Origin: Antedon mediterranea
Taxonomy: Eukaryota; Animalia; Echinodermata
Reading direction: 5' to 3'
Length of the DNA: 64,000 nt
NCBI RefSeq assembly: GCF_964355755.1
Contig: NC_092674.1
Coordinates: 20,212,001 to 20,276,000 of the forward strand
The notes under the pieces: model-generated
The model's database searches: none
Told to the model about the DNA's origin: nothing
What the model saw: the letters and a program-made list of their open reading frames with translations, nothing else
Part shown: in pieces, positions 51,460 through 64,000 of the stretch
Numbering within the stretch: the stretch's first letter is position 1
Layout of the letters: the number at the start of each line of letters is the position of its first letter
Position numbers and translations under genes: made by a program

Positions 51460-54400
51460 CATTGTTTTATTTCTCGCAAAGTGCAAAATAGACTTTATGA
51501 CGATTCAACATGTTCAACTGGACACTTTACAGAAGGTGCATTGAATGTTGAAGACTTTATTACTATTCTTGTAAATAACGGTGATCTTGTCAAGATTGTA
51601 CAGAGTAATTAACTATATATATAATGTTCAAAGAAATCTCTGAAATTAACAAAAGTTGTAGTTCGAAATACAACTTTTATTAGTTTTTCATAGTTTATTA
51701 TTAAGAAGGTTTTGTAAATTAGTACTGTATTGTTGTATAAGAGTTAAACTTTCTTCTTGCTGTTTACATGTTTGTTATTACCCCACCTGCTTTCCTCTCA
51801 GGTTAGTTCGTGAAGAATACTATACTTCGCATAGAGTCTATAGCTTTTCTGAAACGGTAGAAAGTAATTTTGTTAAGGGTGCTAAATTAACTGAATATCC
51901 AACTGTCTATTATAGGTGATTTTGAAACAAAAACATTCCTTATGTTGTCTAAATAATTAGTAATTCAATATGCCTACATAACGGCTCTGCTGTTTTAATT
52001 ATTAGTGACAGTACGGTATACAAAAAGCTACTTTTGAATTGTACTACTATAGTTATAACTTTTGTAGGCCCACAATGCTAATGTATTTACTTGGATAATA
52101 ATTACGCCACTCCTTTTCATCGAAACCACATTTTTGTTCCGGCGGTCCGACGGTTCCTAGCATGACTCCAAACAAACATATAACCACCATATTTGAGGCG
52201 AATGAACTTCAGTCTGCCTAGCTAAAATAGCCAAAAGCTAAAACTATAAATGTAAGTGCTTTTTGCAAGGTCGAGAAACATGTTTTTGTTGAAATTCTCA
52301 CTTGATTTGTCTAAAGTCGCACGCACAAACAGTTTGATATTCAGAACGCTTTAAATTGTTACTTTAGATTTGACATGTTGATAACTCAATTTTCATAAAT
52401 ATTTGTTTATTACATAATATTTTGTTACTACAATATTAAGTTGATGGTCTCCTTTCACATATCTTAGACAACATTCCATATTAATTATTATTGCTAATTA
52501 ATAAGTTATGTATGATTTTCTATTTTCGTTGACAATCTTTTGAATTATGTTTATAATTTTTTCAAAAGAGCGTTTTGTATCAACAATTATTATATTATTG
52601 TTGTATCAAAGCTTAGAATTATTTACAGTATTTTATGTTTGTTTTGTTACTGTTGAAACAATGGATCTTTATCAAGCATTTGTTTGTATCATATAGATTA
52701 ATTTATATCGACAATCTCGGAAGATAATTATTTTCTTTGAGCCTCAAATTATCCCTTGATTGAATTAGAAATTTAGCATATTTTAAATTTATTTTATAAG
52801 CGTTTGAAAGATGGGTTTTAATTGACGCAATTTGACGATTCACATTTAAGTTTTTTTTTTTGTGGATGATGCATATATTTTTGTGAAACATCACATTCCG
52901 AAGACTCATTAAAAGTCAAGAAAAAGTTTCTTATGGTAGAATTATGACGATTTGTGACTCATTTGAATAATAGATAGTATTGTAATTGTAGCCACAAATA
53001 ACGAATGAGTTGTACATACCACTCAAAATCATTTAGATTTATTGAAATACGGATGCTGCAATGAAATTAAACAAAAGCAATATTCTAATTGATCCGTTAC
53101 CATAGCTTTGACCGGCTTCAAATTGAAGCTTAACGTATTCTATAGATTACACTTTACAGTTGAATATGCTTTAAGTGACAGGTATTGTCGTGATTGTCTG
53201 TTTTAAAGACTCTCACAAACAACAAACTTATCTTCAAGTTGTTTCGTTAAGGTTGTTTTTACACGATTTGTGTCAAATCCGACACGCGATTAAGATGGGA
53301 TATTATTTACGAACACTACTGAAAATTTAGAAATCAATTTGATCTATACGAATGTGAATGACAGTAACATTTTTTATCTAAAATAAATAAATGAATAATA
53401 GTATTCAGTGATGTATTGTATTAGTGTATGATTATAAGAGATTTTGATAAATCATAAAACTATACTTCATTTATTGTAGGCAATGTATAATCATTATTTC
53501 GTTCAATTATCCATCCATTTCATTTTTAGAAATATTGTTAATGTTTATATAGTTCCTACAACTTAGCACGAAATCTATATTCATAGAAAATAAAATTGTT
53601 CCTTTAAACAACTGTGCTTATGTCCCATGAATAATATTACTATTATATTGAATGTTTATATACAGTACACAGTTTTCTACAACTTATGTATCTGGAATAT
53701 AATTAGACCTATTGGTTTACGCCAACATACAATGTTCTGTTATTATTTGAGAGGTGATGTTTATATAGGCCTACTACGGTGTATTTTTGCAAGTGAAGAA
53801 TAAAAAGTAATGTAAACGAATTGCAATTAATAGTTGTGTGTCTTTATTGACTTTATAACGTATCGAATCGAATGCAATACTGTATCTTGAATTTCTCAAA
53901 ACAACCAGGGATTCAGAAGAGTAAACAAACTTATAGTGTCGTTTTATAACTTTTCATAAAAATCACATTTTATTTAATTTTCTATTAAAGTACATCCAAT
54001 ATCTACATCACATAGGCCTAACATGTACCCCAGTTCAAGTGTCAGAAAATAACATACCTGTAAAAAAACTACAGTTTACAAGAAAATTTGTATTTGTATA
54101 CAACCACGTGACATCGCCGTTAAAATAAATCTATATCGTTATGGGAAAATTATTTTCTGATAATAGAAAATTACAATTGCGCTAATTTTTGTATGGGATT
54201 ACTGTGTCAACGTCGTTTTTATTTTTAAGGTTGAACAGCTGAATACATCGTGAAACTGCGAGTGCAAACTGTTAGCCTATAAGAAACAAGAACTTGAATA
54301 AGTGTAGATCCCAAGTTCGTTCTCCATGGTTTATAAGACTGATTCCTTATTAGGGAATTTTAAACAGATTCGACATTGTATGAAGCAATGAATGATTGGT

Positions 54401-57400
54401 TTGTGTTCCGTAAACTTGAAAGCATTGTTACTATTGTTATAAGCTCAATAAATACAATACACACTTAACTGAAGTATAAAACGTAAGAACGACAACATAA
54501 TAACATGTATGGTATTACGTGGCAAAAGAGAAATTGTTCAACTAAAAAACAAACCCTTATTAATTAATGCCATACAATAGTTCTATTCATGCAGATTCCG
54601 TGGTAAACCGCAAACATTTTTTATTCAATTGTTGTACTTGGCAGGCAAATCGTCAAACAATACAATTAATACAAATCTAGTATATGTTCGTTCCATACAA
54701 ATTACAAACTGTTGATTTAGGGTTGAAATGAGAGAGCTAACAATTCAATCTCATCTAAATCACAAAGAAGAATAAAACAGTCAAAAAGCCTTGCCTTGAA
54801 TCAAGGTAAACATTGTCAGACAATGCCTATTAAAGGACGTGTTGTCAGAGTATACCATCTCTATTATTTTCTATTGTTATTTCGTTTAATATGAACACAG
54901 CCGGAGAAGGTCTAATATTGTTATTTAGTGATTGAGATGGTATTATGGACAATGAACCTGTATGCAATTCGATAGTTTTGTGAGCAATAGTAATAATAAT
55001 TGACAACTCTACACTTTACATTTGTCCAATAATATTCATATTGAAATGAAAACGACTTATTAGTTATAAATAACTAAGACAAGTAGGAATATTATATTAT
55101 AATAAGAAATTAATAATGTAGGCCTAAAGATTATAAAAAATGTTCTATCTTTATTAATTATATAATAACGTACTTTTCGTAATTTTTATAATTTTAATAT
55201 GACCAATGAATGCAACCATTCAATAGAGTGATGATTGAGGAATAATGTTAGATAAACCGGGCTATATTTGTGCCAACATTCTTATTGTACTGATATAGAC
55301 AACCAATGTAATGACGGTGGTGATGCTTTTACATCTCCATCTGGATGGCGAACATGGAAGAGGCGTATCCTCGGACTGCCAGCCCCTCCCCTCCTAAATA
55401 CAATAACAAAAAACAACCCTTCCGACCTCTCCGAATAATCTTACACTCATATATATTGAATAATAAATATATATTGAATACTAAAAGATTTATGAATTAA
55501 TTATTAATATTATAATATAATTATTTATTTTATTTCTGTCTTTGATAAAAAACGTAATTGAATTTGATAAACTTGAGTGAAGATCCGACGGTAAAGCAGG
55601 ATGACGAAAGCCTCCATGATAAACCAACGGACCTATAATGTATAGACCCATGATTAAATATAAATAAACTATACAGAAAACAACCAAATAAACAAACAGA
55701 TGTTATATTAACAATGATAACAATAAATAATAAATGTTTATCACAATAACAATGGTTAAAAGGCGAACAACCGGGAAATATCTTTAATTAATGATAAGAT
55801 AACAAGTACAAGAACAATCAATAATGGACCCATGGACCGACAAAGTTGTTAATTTAGTTTCAGGATAATTTTTTATTGAAATACACCCTGTTGTAAAACT
55901 TCCCACTGTCCATACTCTCTAATACCGATTTTTCCGATCGTTTCAGCTATATATCACAATACACATTGTTTTAAGGTTCTGTCCTTACTAACGTCGTCAT
56001 TAATGTATTATAACATCCACACCAATTGCATGAGATCGAAAGGTTGAATAATGACGAACCGCGATCTCGTTATTGTTTTTATTGTGATTTTTTACTATAC
56101 TATAGGAGGATTGTAGAAAGTTATACAAAACTGTGATTATAATATTACTAATATATTATAAAGCTACACTGGTTTATAGATACACATAATGCAAAATGCG
56201 GAACATGTACCGTTATGTTGTGTACTAGGCCTAATATGTAATACTCTTGCTTATTTTTATATAAATTGGGTTTGACACTGTTTACTTGGGCTCAATGAAT
56301 GTGCGATCATTGTACTTCACAAATCGTGTTTGAAAATCGCACATTTCGTGACCAGACTTTAGGCGTGTGTTGCTCAGGCCATGTACAATTTCATTATATT
56401 GCAGTAAATGTGAAATGTGAACATAAACGAGTGAAAAACACGGTAATTATAACTAACGAATGCATTGCTATCACACTCCAGTAACACGATCTACAAATTA
56501 GTAAAGTCTCTGTATCTATGTTTATGTCACTCTAGTTCTCAAAATGTTTTGTTGTATGTTTATATACGATGTATTTCTAGAGTGATCTACATCAAATATT
56601 TTGTGTTTTTTTATTACAAAGTCTGTCCAACAAGGGGTGTGGGTTTAGTAACTCCGTGAAGCTCGTCAACAACATTATAATAATCAAAGAATGGACATAC
56701 AATATAAGAACATTAAACAACTATTAGTTGTGGGCCAACCATTGCTGAAGAGAAATTAAGCCAGACTTAGATTAGCCCATATGCCCATTATTAATTTTGA
56801 ACATTCTCCGTTCTTAGGCCTACATCTAATTCTTAGGGTAGCTGAGAGGAAAAGAGGGTGGGATCGGGTGGAGTAGAAGAAGGATAATGTTTACAGGCCC
56901 CGGTATAGGTGCATATTTGTACTACTTCAAAACAAGAAGGAATGCGTAAAAGGAGTAATTTCGAGGGGATAAATTACAGTTAAAACGAAAAGAACAAGAA
57001 GAAGAAAACAAAAAAACAAAACACAAACTCACACTGTATAACAAACAAACAATAAGTTTAGGTGTGTGTTATAAGAAAAGTAACTCGGAAATAATGAAAT
57101 AACTTTTAAAAACCTCGAAATATTTATGTAATTATTATATGTTCTTCCAATAGAATGGTTAGAGTTAGAAAAATAGATAGATTGATCATCAGGAAACTGA
57201 ATGTTCTACGTTTTTTTAGTAGTTTTTTAATTAGGATAAAAAAGCATTTATAACCATCTATTTAAAACAAACATGTTAAAATCAAGAAAAATGTAAGATT
57301 AGATGAAAGTTATTACTATAACAAATATAAGGTGAGTTAGGGTAATTCGAAACCAGGAAATACATAGGCCTACATCTATTAATAGGCCTACATCTATATT

Positions 57401-59409
57401 AATAGGCCTAAAACAAAAACCCAAAACAAACAAACCGAAAGTTAGGCATAACAGAAGTTTATATATTTTAGAGACGTTTATGGACTCGACCATATTAGAA
57501 TTACCTAACGGTGAATGACCCTAACACCATATTTTCTGGCGATATGATATATAAATAATATTGATATATAATAAATCTCGCTTTTAGTATATTTTCCTTA
57601 CTTTAGTCACTGTCTCGCTCTTACGTTTATTTTCATCTAAATTGACTCAAAAGGATTATCGTAAACCCTTGGTAAGAACGAGTGATATATTGAGAGTTCT
57701 GTAAAATCCAAAACAATAAGAAAATTAAAACAAAACATTTGTTTATTAAGACCACTGTATTTGCTTAAGATTTGAAAAAAATACACACACCTTCATTCTT
57801 CTAATCTTAAGAATCGATGCGTCGAGTTCACTGAAGTTCAATTGATTTTGAAGAATAGTTTATTACAGAAAAAAGTTAATTGTTAACGATCTGCAGTACC
57901 TCATGTAGAAAGACTTAACATTCCAAAAAGCTATTCATAACTAAATATTATATTATGGAATATATCCATGAATGAAGCCAAACAAGCGATATTGCCGGTT
58001 TGAAAGTTGCAACTCTTGTTTCAAGTTTTATTTTCCTTTTTATTCAGAATCAAGCGAACGGAAAATAATGACCGTTACATTGTTCTACACAAAACACAAC
58101 TATTTTCACACGTTAAATTGCACGGTTGATAATGTACTTTTCTATTTAGTTAATTACTGGCTGTTAAGCTCTTTTTCTATCGGGGCTTTGCAGCGGAAAC
58201 AGCTCGAAGAAAAGCAAAAGAAAAGCATTATTAGGTTGTTGTTAAAACGAACAAATATATCGCCCATTCATAAACAAGTAGTTCGGATAGTGTATTGAAA
58301 AGGCTTGTTAGAAGCCATTGAAGCAAGTGAAGGGGTTTTGTCAACTTGTATGCGAAGAATAATTCGCAATTTTTAAGCTAACAATATTGATCCTTTATTT
58401 AGATGAAAGAGCCTGATTTCATTAGGGATTCGGACAATACCTCTTTATCCAAACACCAAGGGGCTTTAACAAACAATCATTGCTTCCCACTATAGTTTTC
58501 GAAAAAGGATGTGAAAATCATACATACATCACTAATCGATCCACATTATACATGGGTTTCTTTCGTGTCTGTCATTAAAATTGAATAAATATATTTTATA
58601 AACCGAATTTAAAAACAGAACCACCATTAACATTGAAATCAGACCAACTATGAAATAGTAGCCATAGTCAGATCATGGATGATTAAAATACTTCAATATG
58701 CTCTTAAAGAGCGGACTTGAGCCTAACTACATTTGCACTCGTCAGCATGTTGTCGAAACCAAGATATGCACTGTATCAAGTAATTATGACACAACATGCT
58801 GAGCCATTTCTTTTTACTCCAAGATATCCCTATCGTTAATTATTATTCATTATTATGAGGGTATTGAAAGAGCATCTTATTAGAAAGTATAATAACCAAG
58901 GTTATTATACTTAACCAACATTAAAACTAAGAATTTATATATATATATAATATAATAATAACTCCTACAATTATACCCATTGTTGTACAGGAGAGTATTT
59001 TTTATAATTATTACTCAACATTTCGGTGTTAGCGAAGCGAAAAAAAGCCAAAAAGTCTATATAAATATTTCTAGAGTACGGAAGTTAATAATAAAGTAAG
59101 AATTTGTAACTGCTCAACCAACGTAAAATTAACTTAATTATTGTGTAAGTCTAGGGATTCCGATAGGTCTTATTATTAATTTTTTAGTTTAAATAATAGT
59201 CAATAAAATCAATACAATATTTATATATTTACTGACAACATTCATAGTTTGATGTTTTACTCAGTTTTGGGGGACAATACAACTTTAATAAATACTAACA
59301 TCTGAAACATAAGTAGAGGGCGACATACATGCATTTGTCAATGTCAAGCTTGCTTTTTAGGTTCTGCTTTAACATTGTTGCACTATGATATTACAGATCC
59401 GATAACAAT

Positions 59410-60350
59410 ACAAACATTGGGAGGATATACATGACATGTACCAAGCAGGACGATATAGTATACCTAATGAGGCCAACATTATTAAAGGTGAATACAGGTG
59501 AAATTAGGACGACATGCATGACATGTACCAAGCAGGACGGTATGGTATACCTATGACTATGAGCCGCGGACAAGACAGGTGAATACAGGTGACGTGGAAT
59601 TGGAAGGACATGCATGGCATGTACCAAGCAGGACGGTAAAGCATATCTATGACTTGAGCCGCGGACAAGACAGGTGAATACAGGTGACGTGGAATTGGGA
59701 GGACATTCATGGCATGTACCAAGCAGGACGGTAAAGTATATCTATGACTTGAGCCGGCCGCGGACAAGACAGGTGAATACAGGTGACGTTGAATTGGGAG
59801 GACATTCATGGCATGTACCAAGCAGGACGGTAAAGTATATCTATGACTTGAGCCGGCCGCGGACAAGACAGGTGAATACAGGTGACGTTGAATTGGGAGG
59901 ACATTCATGGCATGTACCAAGGAGGACGGTATAGTATATCTATGACTTGAGACGCGGACAAGACAGGTGAATGCAGGTGACGTGGAATTGGGAGGACATG
60001 CATGACATGTACCAAGGAGGACGGTATTGCGTACCTATGAACCACAGACAAGACAGGTGAATACAGGTGACGTGGAATTGGGAGGACATGCATGGCATGT
60101 ACCAAACAGGACGGTATTGTGTACCTATGAACCACAGACAAGACAGGTGAATACAGGTGACGTGGAATTGGGAGGACATGCATGACATGTACCAAACAGG
60201 ACGGTATTGTGTACCTATGAACCACAGACAAGACAGGTGAATACAGGTGACGTAGAATTGGGAGGACATGCATGACATGTATCAAACAGGACGGTATTGT
60301 GTACCTATGAGTCCAACAAGATTACAGGTGAAATCTGGAGAACATACATG
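59410..60350. repeat. Minisatellite, 90-99-bp unit, ~10 copies
   Basis: CAAGACAGGTGAAT recurs at 59571, 59666, 59765, 59864, 59959, 60049, 60139, 60229. Confidence 0.95.
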
Positions 60351-60398
60351 ACACCACTACGCCGGATTCCCAGAAACACCCATCCCCTTTTTTGATAA

Positions 60399-60702
60399 TT
60401 AGTTATCTCCGCACCTTGGCGGATAACTCCTTGTAACTGTACGATCTCTTTTTAAATTTGTTTTATTATTCCTTTCTGTAATTTTATTGTCTCGCGTATC
60501 TCTAAAACGTGTTGACACAGAACATTTATTAACTTTCTCAACATATCGACATTTTTTACGTGCTACCTTTAAGTTCTTACCTGAAGTTGTGCATCTCATT
60601 TTTAATTACGTCAGAGTTGCGCAACGTGATTTACGCGCGATTTTACGTATTTCAATGATTGATTTATTATAGATTTAAAACCAAAAGTCATTTTTTATTG
60701 AT
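60399..60702 (+). mobile_element. 5' fragment of HINE family 1 (copy-C subtype)
   Basis: AGTTATCTCCGC..GCGGATAACTCCTTGTAA and its body are the reverse complement of ~2530-2820. Confidence 0.75.
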
Positions 60703-60730
60703 TTTTTTTTATTGATCAGTAAAATTCATT

Positions 60731-61149
60731 GGGTTTGTCACGAAACCTAAGATCACGAAAGCTAAGACCCCCTAAGACCTAATATCACGAAACCTAAGAC
60801 CCAAGATTACCAATAGTTCTCATTCGCACATGAAACCAACACAATGGAGTAAATATATATCAACAAACAAACCGTCCAGTTTGTTGTGAAACAAAGGTAT
60901 ATATTTACTCAACGGGCGAAAATATTTTTAGTTTATTTCTGTTTGTGATAAGTATTTAATAACATTTATGGTAAAAAGCATTAATAAATGAAACTTATAC
61001 TATGTTTAAAATTGTGTATAGATAAACAATTATTGTTTTTAAGCTGTCGTATATCTTAGAATTTGTAATCTTAGGTCTTGGGTCTTAGGTTTCGTGATCT
61101 TAGGTCTTAGGGGGTCTTAGCTTTCGTGATCTTAGGTTTCGTGAAACCC
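60731..61149. mobile_element. MITE with ~75-bp modular TIRs and an 8-9-bp TSD
   Basis: TIRs built from CACGAAA[C/G]CTAAGA modules. AATTCATT(G) is duplicated at 60723-60730 and 61150-61157. Confidence 0.85.
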
Positions 61150-62520
61150 AATTCATTGTAACAAAAATAAAATACAGAACATTTTCTAACACTATATTTT
61201 AATTACATTTGCAAGTTTTAGGTAGCGTCCGTAATCTGAAGTTAAAAGAGCAAGTCCACTGTTATTTACGAATTTGAAAGTATTGCTAAAACATAGGCCT
61301 ATTGAAAAGAATTTTGAAAATGATGGTATATTCTCTTTATTATATTTAATAATGTTAGAGAACTTGGGTAAATTTAAATAGTGAAGGAGAGCTGTGTTTC
61401 TGCAAAATGTGGGTAAACCCAATGCTGCTTTAATAGTTTACTTTGTGTTTTTTATAAGTCAAGAATATCCTTCTTTCTCAGATTTTCAAATTGTAGGCCA
61501 TACGTTACAATTGGTATCAGAACTGTTAACGAACCGTATTTCTACCTATGAGCCGGACTGATTACATGTGAATTTGGGAGGACATAGATCCCTCCTACTG
61601 TATATATTGTAATATTGAAGAAAAATATTTAAAAATATAGTTTAAAACATTCCCAGTAATTTCATGTTATTTTGATATCTCATTACTCACAATTCTTCTG
61701 TGATTGTTTTCAAATGTAGTTTAAAACATTACCAGTTAAATCCTGGTCATTATAGTACAGTCACATAATGTAAGGAAAACTAGCTCCAGCTCGATATTTG
61801 TGCCAAAATAGATTTTATTGGCTAACTTTGTTATTCTTGAGTTGCTGAATTAAAAAAAGTTAGGTGCCATTTTTTTTCGACCACTCATTCAGCCGCCATT
61901 CCACACTGAACTTTGTCATCTATGGTATCACCGGAAAGAGAATGTGATACTGATCATTTTATCCCATTACATTCATATCAAAAAATGCATAGTTACATAG
62001 TTATTTAACAATAAAACAAGTCACGTGACCAGTAAAGGTCAAAAGGTCAACATTTTAATTTTCTCAAATACTTTACTGCTTGGTATCGTAGGATAGCTTT
62101 TCACGCTGCTGCTCTAGCCCGCTACGTCACAAGAGATAAATCATTTATTAGATGAAAGCAAGCAGCAGTCTTAGTACTAGACACTGACATTTTTGCGAAA
62201 AAGGATTCTCGACTATAATTTATAGGTACAAGCTGCTAGACCCAAAAAACGTGTGGGAAAAGAGTCTAACGATTGAAAGACAAATCCCAAAGCATTTCTG
62301 GTATTTATGAGTCCCATGATATTATATAATACTGTAATTGAATCATTGAATTATTATCAAAACAGTCCATGAAAGTTTTTGTTTGTAATAGGATACTTAA
62401 CACTTGAAGTATCTAGGCGTGATGAAGTGACCCCCAGACTTGACCTTAGCAATAAAATAAACTAAATTGAGTCAGTGTTTCATATCAAAGTTATTCACTT
62501 CTGTAACAAAATTTACATAT

Positions 62521-63298
62521 AACAAGGCCAACAGCCATTAAGTCACGTGCTACAATGCATAGTGATACCGGACCGACAGACAGACCGACAGACCGACAGA
62601 CAGACCGACCGACCGACATAGTGAACTATACTGACCGAAATTACTGAACATGTTTAAAAATGTTGAAATGTTTAAAAACATTTATATTTTTTTAATTTAC
62701 ACGTGCGTAGCCTGTCACCTTTGACGTGCTCGTATAACGTAATTTCGAGTTGAAAAGTAAGTCAAGAAAACAGAAATCGGGCAAAAAGAGTGCGCAATAA
62801 CATTTAACGCGCAGTGCGCGCGCAAAAATATGCGCACTCATGGCAATTTTGTAAACGCTTAAAATTGCCTGAAACCTACTCTTATTTCATCGAAAATAAA
62901 TTTTGAAAATGTTAAGCGCGCGTACGCATGCGTTACATGCGCTACGCACGTAATTGTATTGCCATATGATGATTTATGCCCTGAAGTTTATGAGTACCAA
63001 ATTTTATTTAATTGTGATTGTGATGGTTGTGAAGATATGATTACAAACGTGATTTCGTTAAATCGTGCGTAGACCGCGTAATTTTTTATTGCGCACCGTG
63101 AAAACATAACCACATTGATTCCTGGCCATAAGGAATATACTGTGAAAAATTGACCTAGCTAGATTAAACTGATATCAAGATAAGGTCAGAAAGCGATAAA
63201 ACGCATAGTGATACCGGACCGACAGACAGACCGACAGACAGACAGACCGACCAACCGACCGACATAGTGAACTATAGAGTCGCTTCCACGCGACTAAA
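62521..63298 (-). mobile_element. DINE-1/HINE-like family 2: mini copy (62521-62630) plus longer copy (62631-63298)
   Basis: (GACA/GACC)n microsatellite twice, terminal hairpin AGTCGC-ttccac-GCGACT (63278-63295) next to an A-run, AACAAG end with subterminal AGTCACGTG at ~62541. Confidence 0.8.
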
Positions 63299-63634
63299 AA
63301 GAGAAAAGAAACGTTTAATTATAACTCAAAAATCATTGTCTGACAGAGACAATTCAAGTATTTATGGCTTTAAATTACATTTTTTCAGGTAAAATAACTA
63401 TTATGTGACAATAAAAATGACACATTAAAAAACAAATTTGAAATAAAAAATATACAATATATCTTTAAAACTGTTACGTCAATAAGCGAGCAGCGTTTTT
63501 TGTAAGAAATATTTCTTGTTTATTTTACTAATATCTATTCGATTTTCCTTTGTTTATTGTCATTTCCAATTATGTAAATAAATTGTTTTTAAATGTACAA
63601 TGAGAAAGGTCTTCTTCGTATTAAGATAAATACG

Positions 63635-64000
63635 GACTCTACAGCTCACTATGTAGGTCGGTTTGTCGGTTGGTCGGTCGGTAAACACTAACTTGTATAT
63701 GACCTTATCTTGATATCAGTATAATCTAGCTAAGTCAATTTTTCACAGTATATTCCTTATGGCCAGGAATCGATGTGGTTATGTTTTCACGGTGCGCAAT
63801 AAAAAATTACGCGGGCTACGCACGATTTAACGAAATCACGTGTGTAATCATATATCTTCACAAGCATGAATCACAATTAAATAAAATTTGGTACTAATAA
63901 ATTTCAGGGCATAAATCATCAATTACGTGCGTAGCGCATGTAACGCATGCGTACACGCGCTTAAAATTTTCCAAATTGTCAAAATTTATTTTCGATGAAA
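63635..64000 (+). mobile_element. DINE-1/HINE-like family 2, inverted copy running off the window
   Basis: Reverse complement of ~62885-63280 (GTCG microsatellite, TGACCTTATCTTGATATCAG, CCTTATGGCCAGGAATC). Confidence 0.85.

Noticed and set aside
59391-60285. ORFs of 78-138 aa
   Set aside because: Translations of the 90-99-bp tandem repeat.

Overview
AT-rich eukaryotic genomic DNA, probably from a marine invertebrate (an echinoderm-like deuterostome by inference). The only intact protein-coding gene is an intronless SoxB2 (Sox14/Sox21-type HMG-box) gene at 50719-51459 (+). It sits in a gene desert with a repeat-poor, CpG-richer ~10 kb zone around and downstream of it that looks regulatory. 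The rest is transposon-derived and tandem-repeat DNA: two families of Helentron/DINE-1-like non-autonomous elements (including a three-level self-nested stack at 1-2965), a solo LTR with a 5-bp TSD, a hAT deletion derivative with an unusual 5-bp TSD, several MITEs, a tRNA-headed Deu/Nin-type SINE, a 5S-headed SINE, five minisatellite arrays and a decayed ORF of unknown family. The most unusual object is a cluster at 29.3-30.7 kb. It consists of (TA)n-flanked units that each carry a tRNA-like gene (complete in one copy) with co-varied stems, an ATC anticodon and its own Pol III terminator, interleaved with Penelope-like end fragments. All calls are by eye; no database searches were run.
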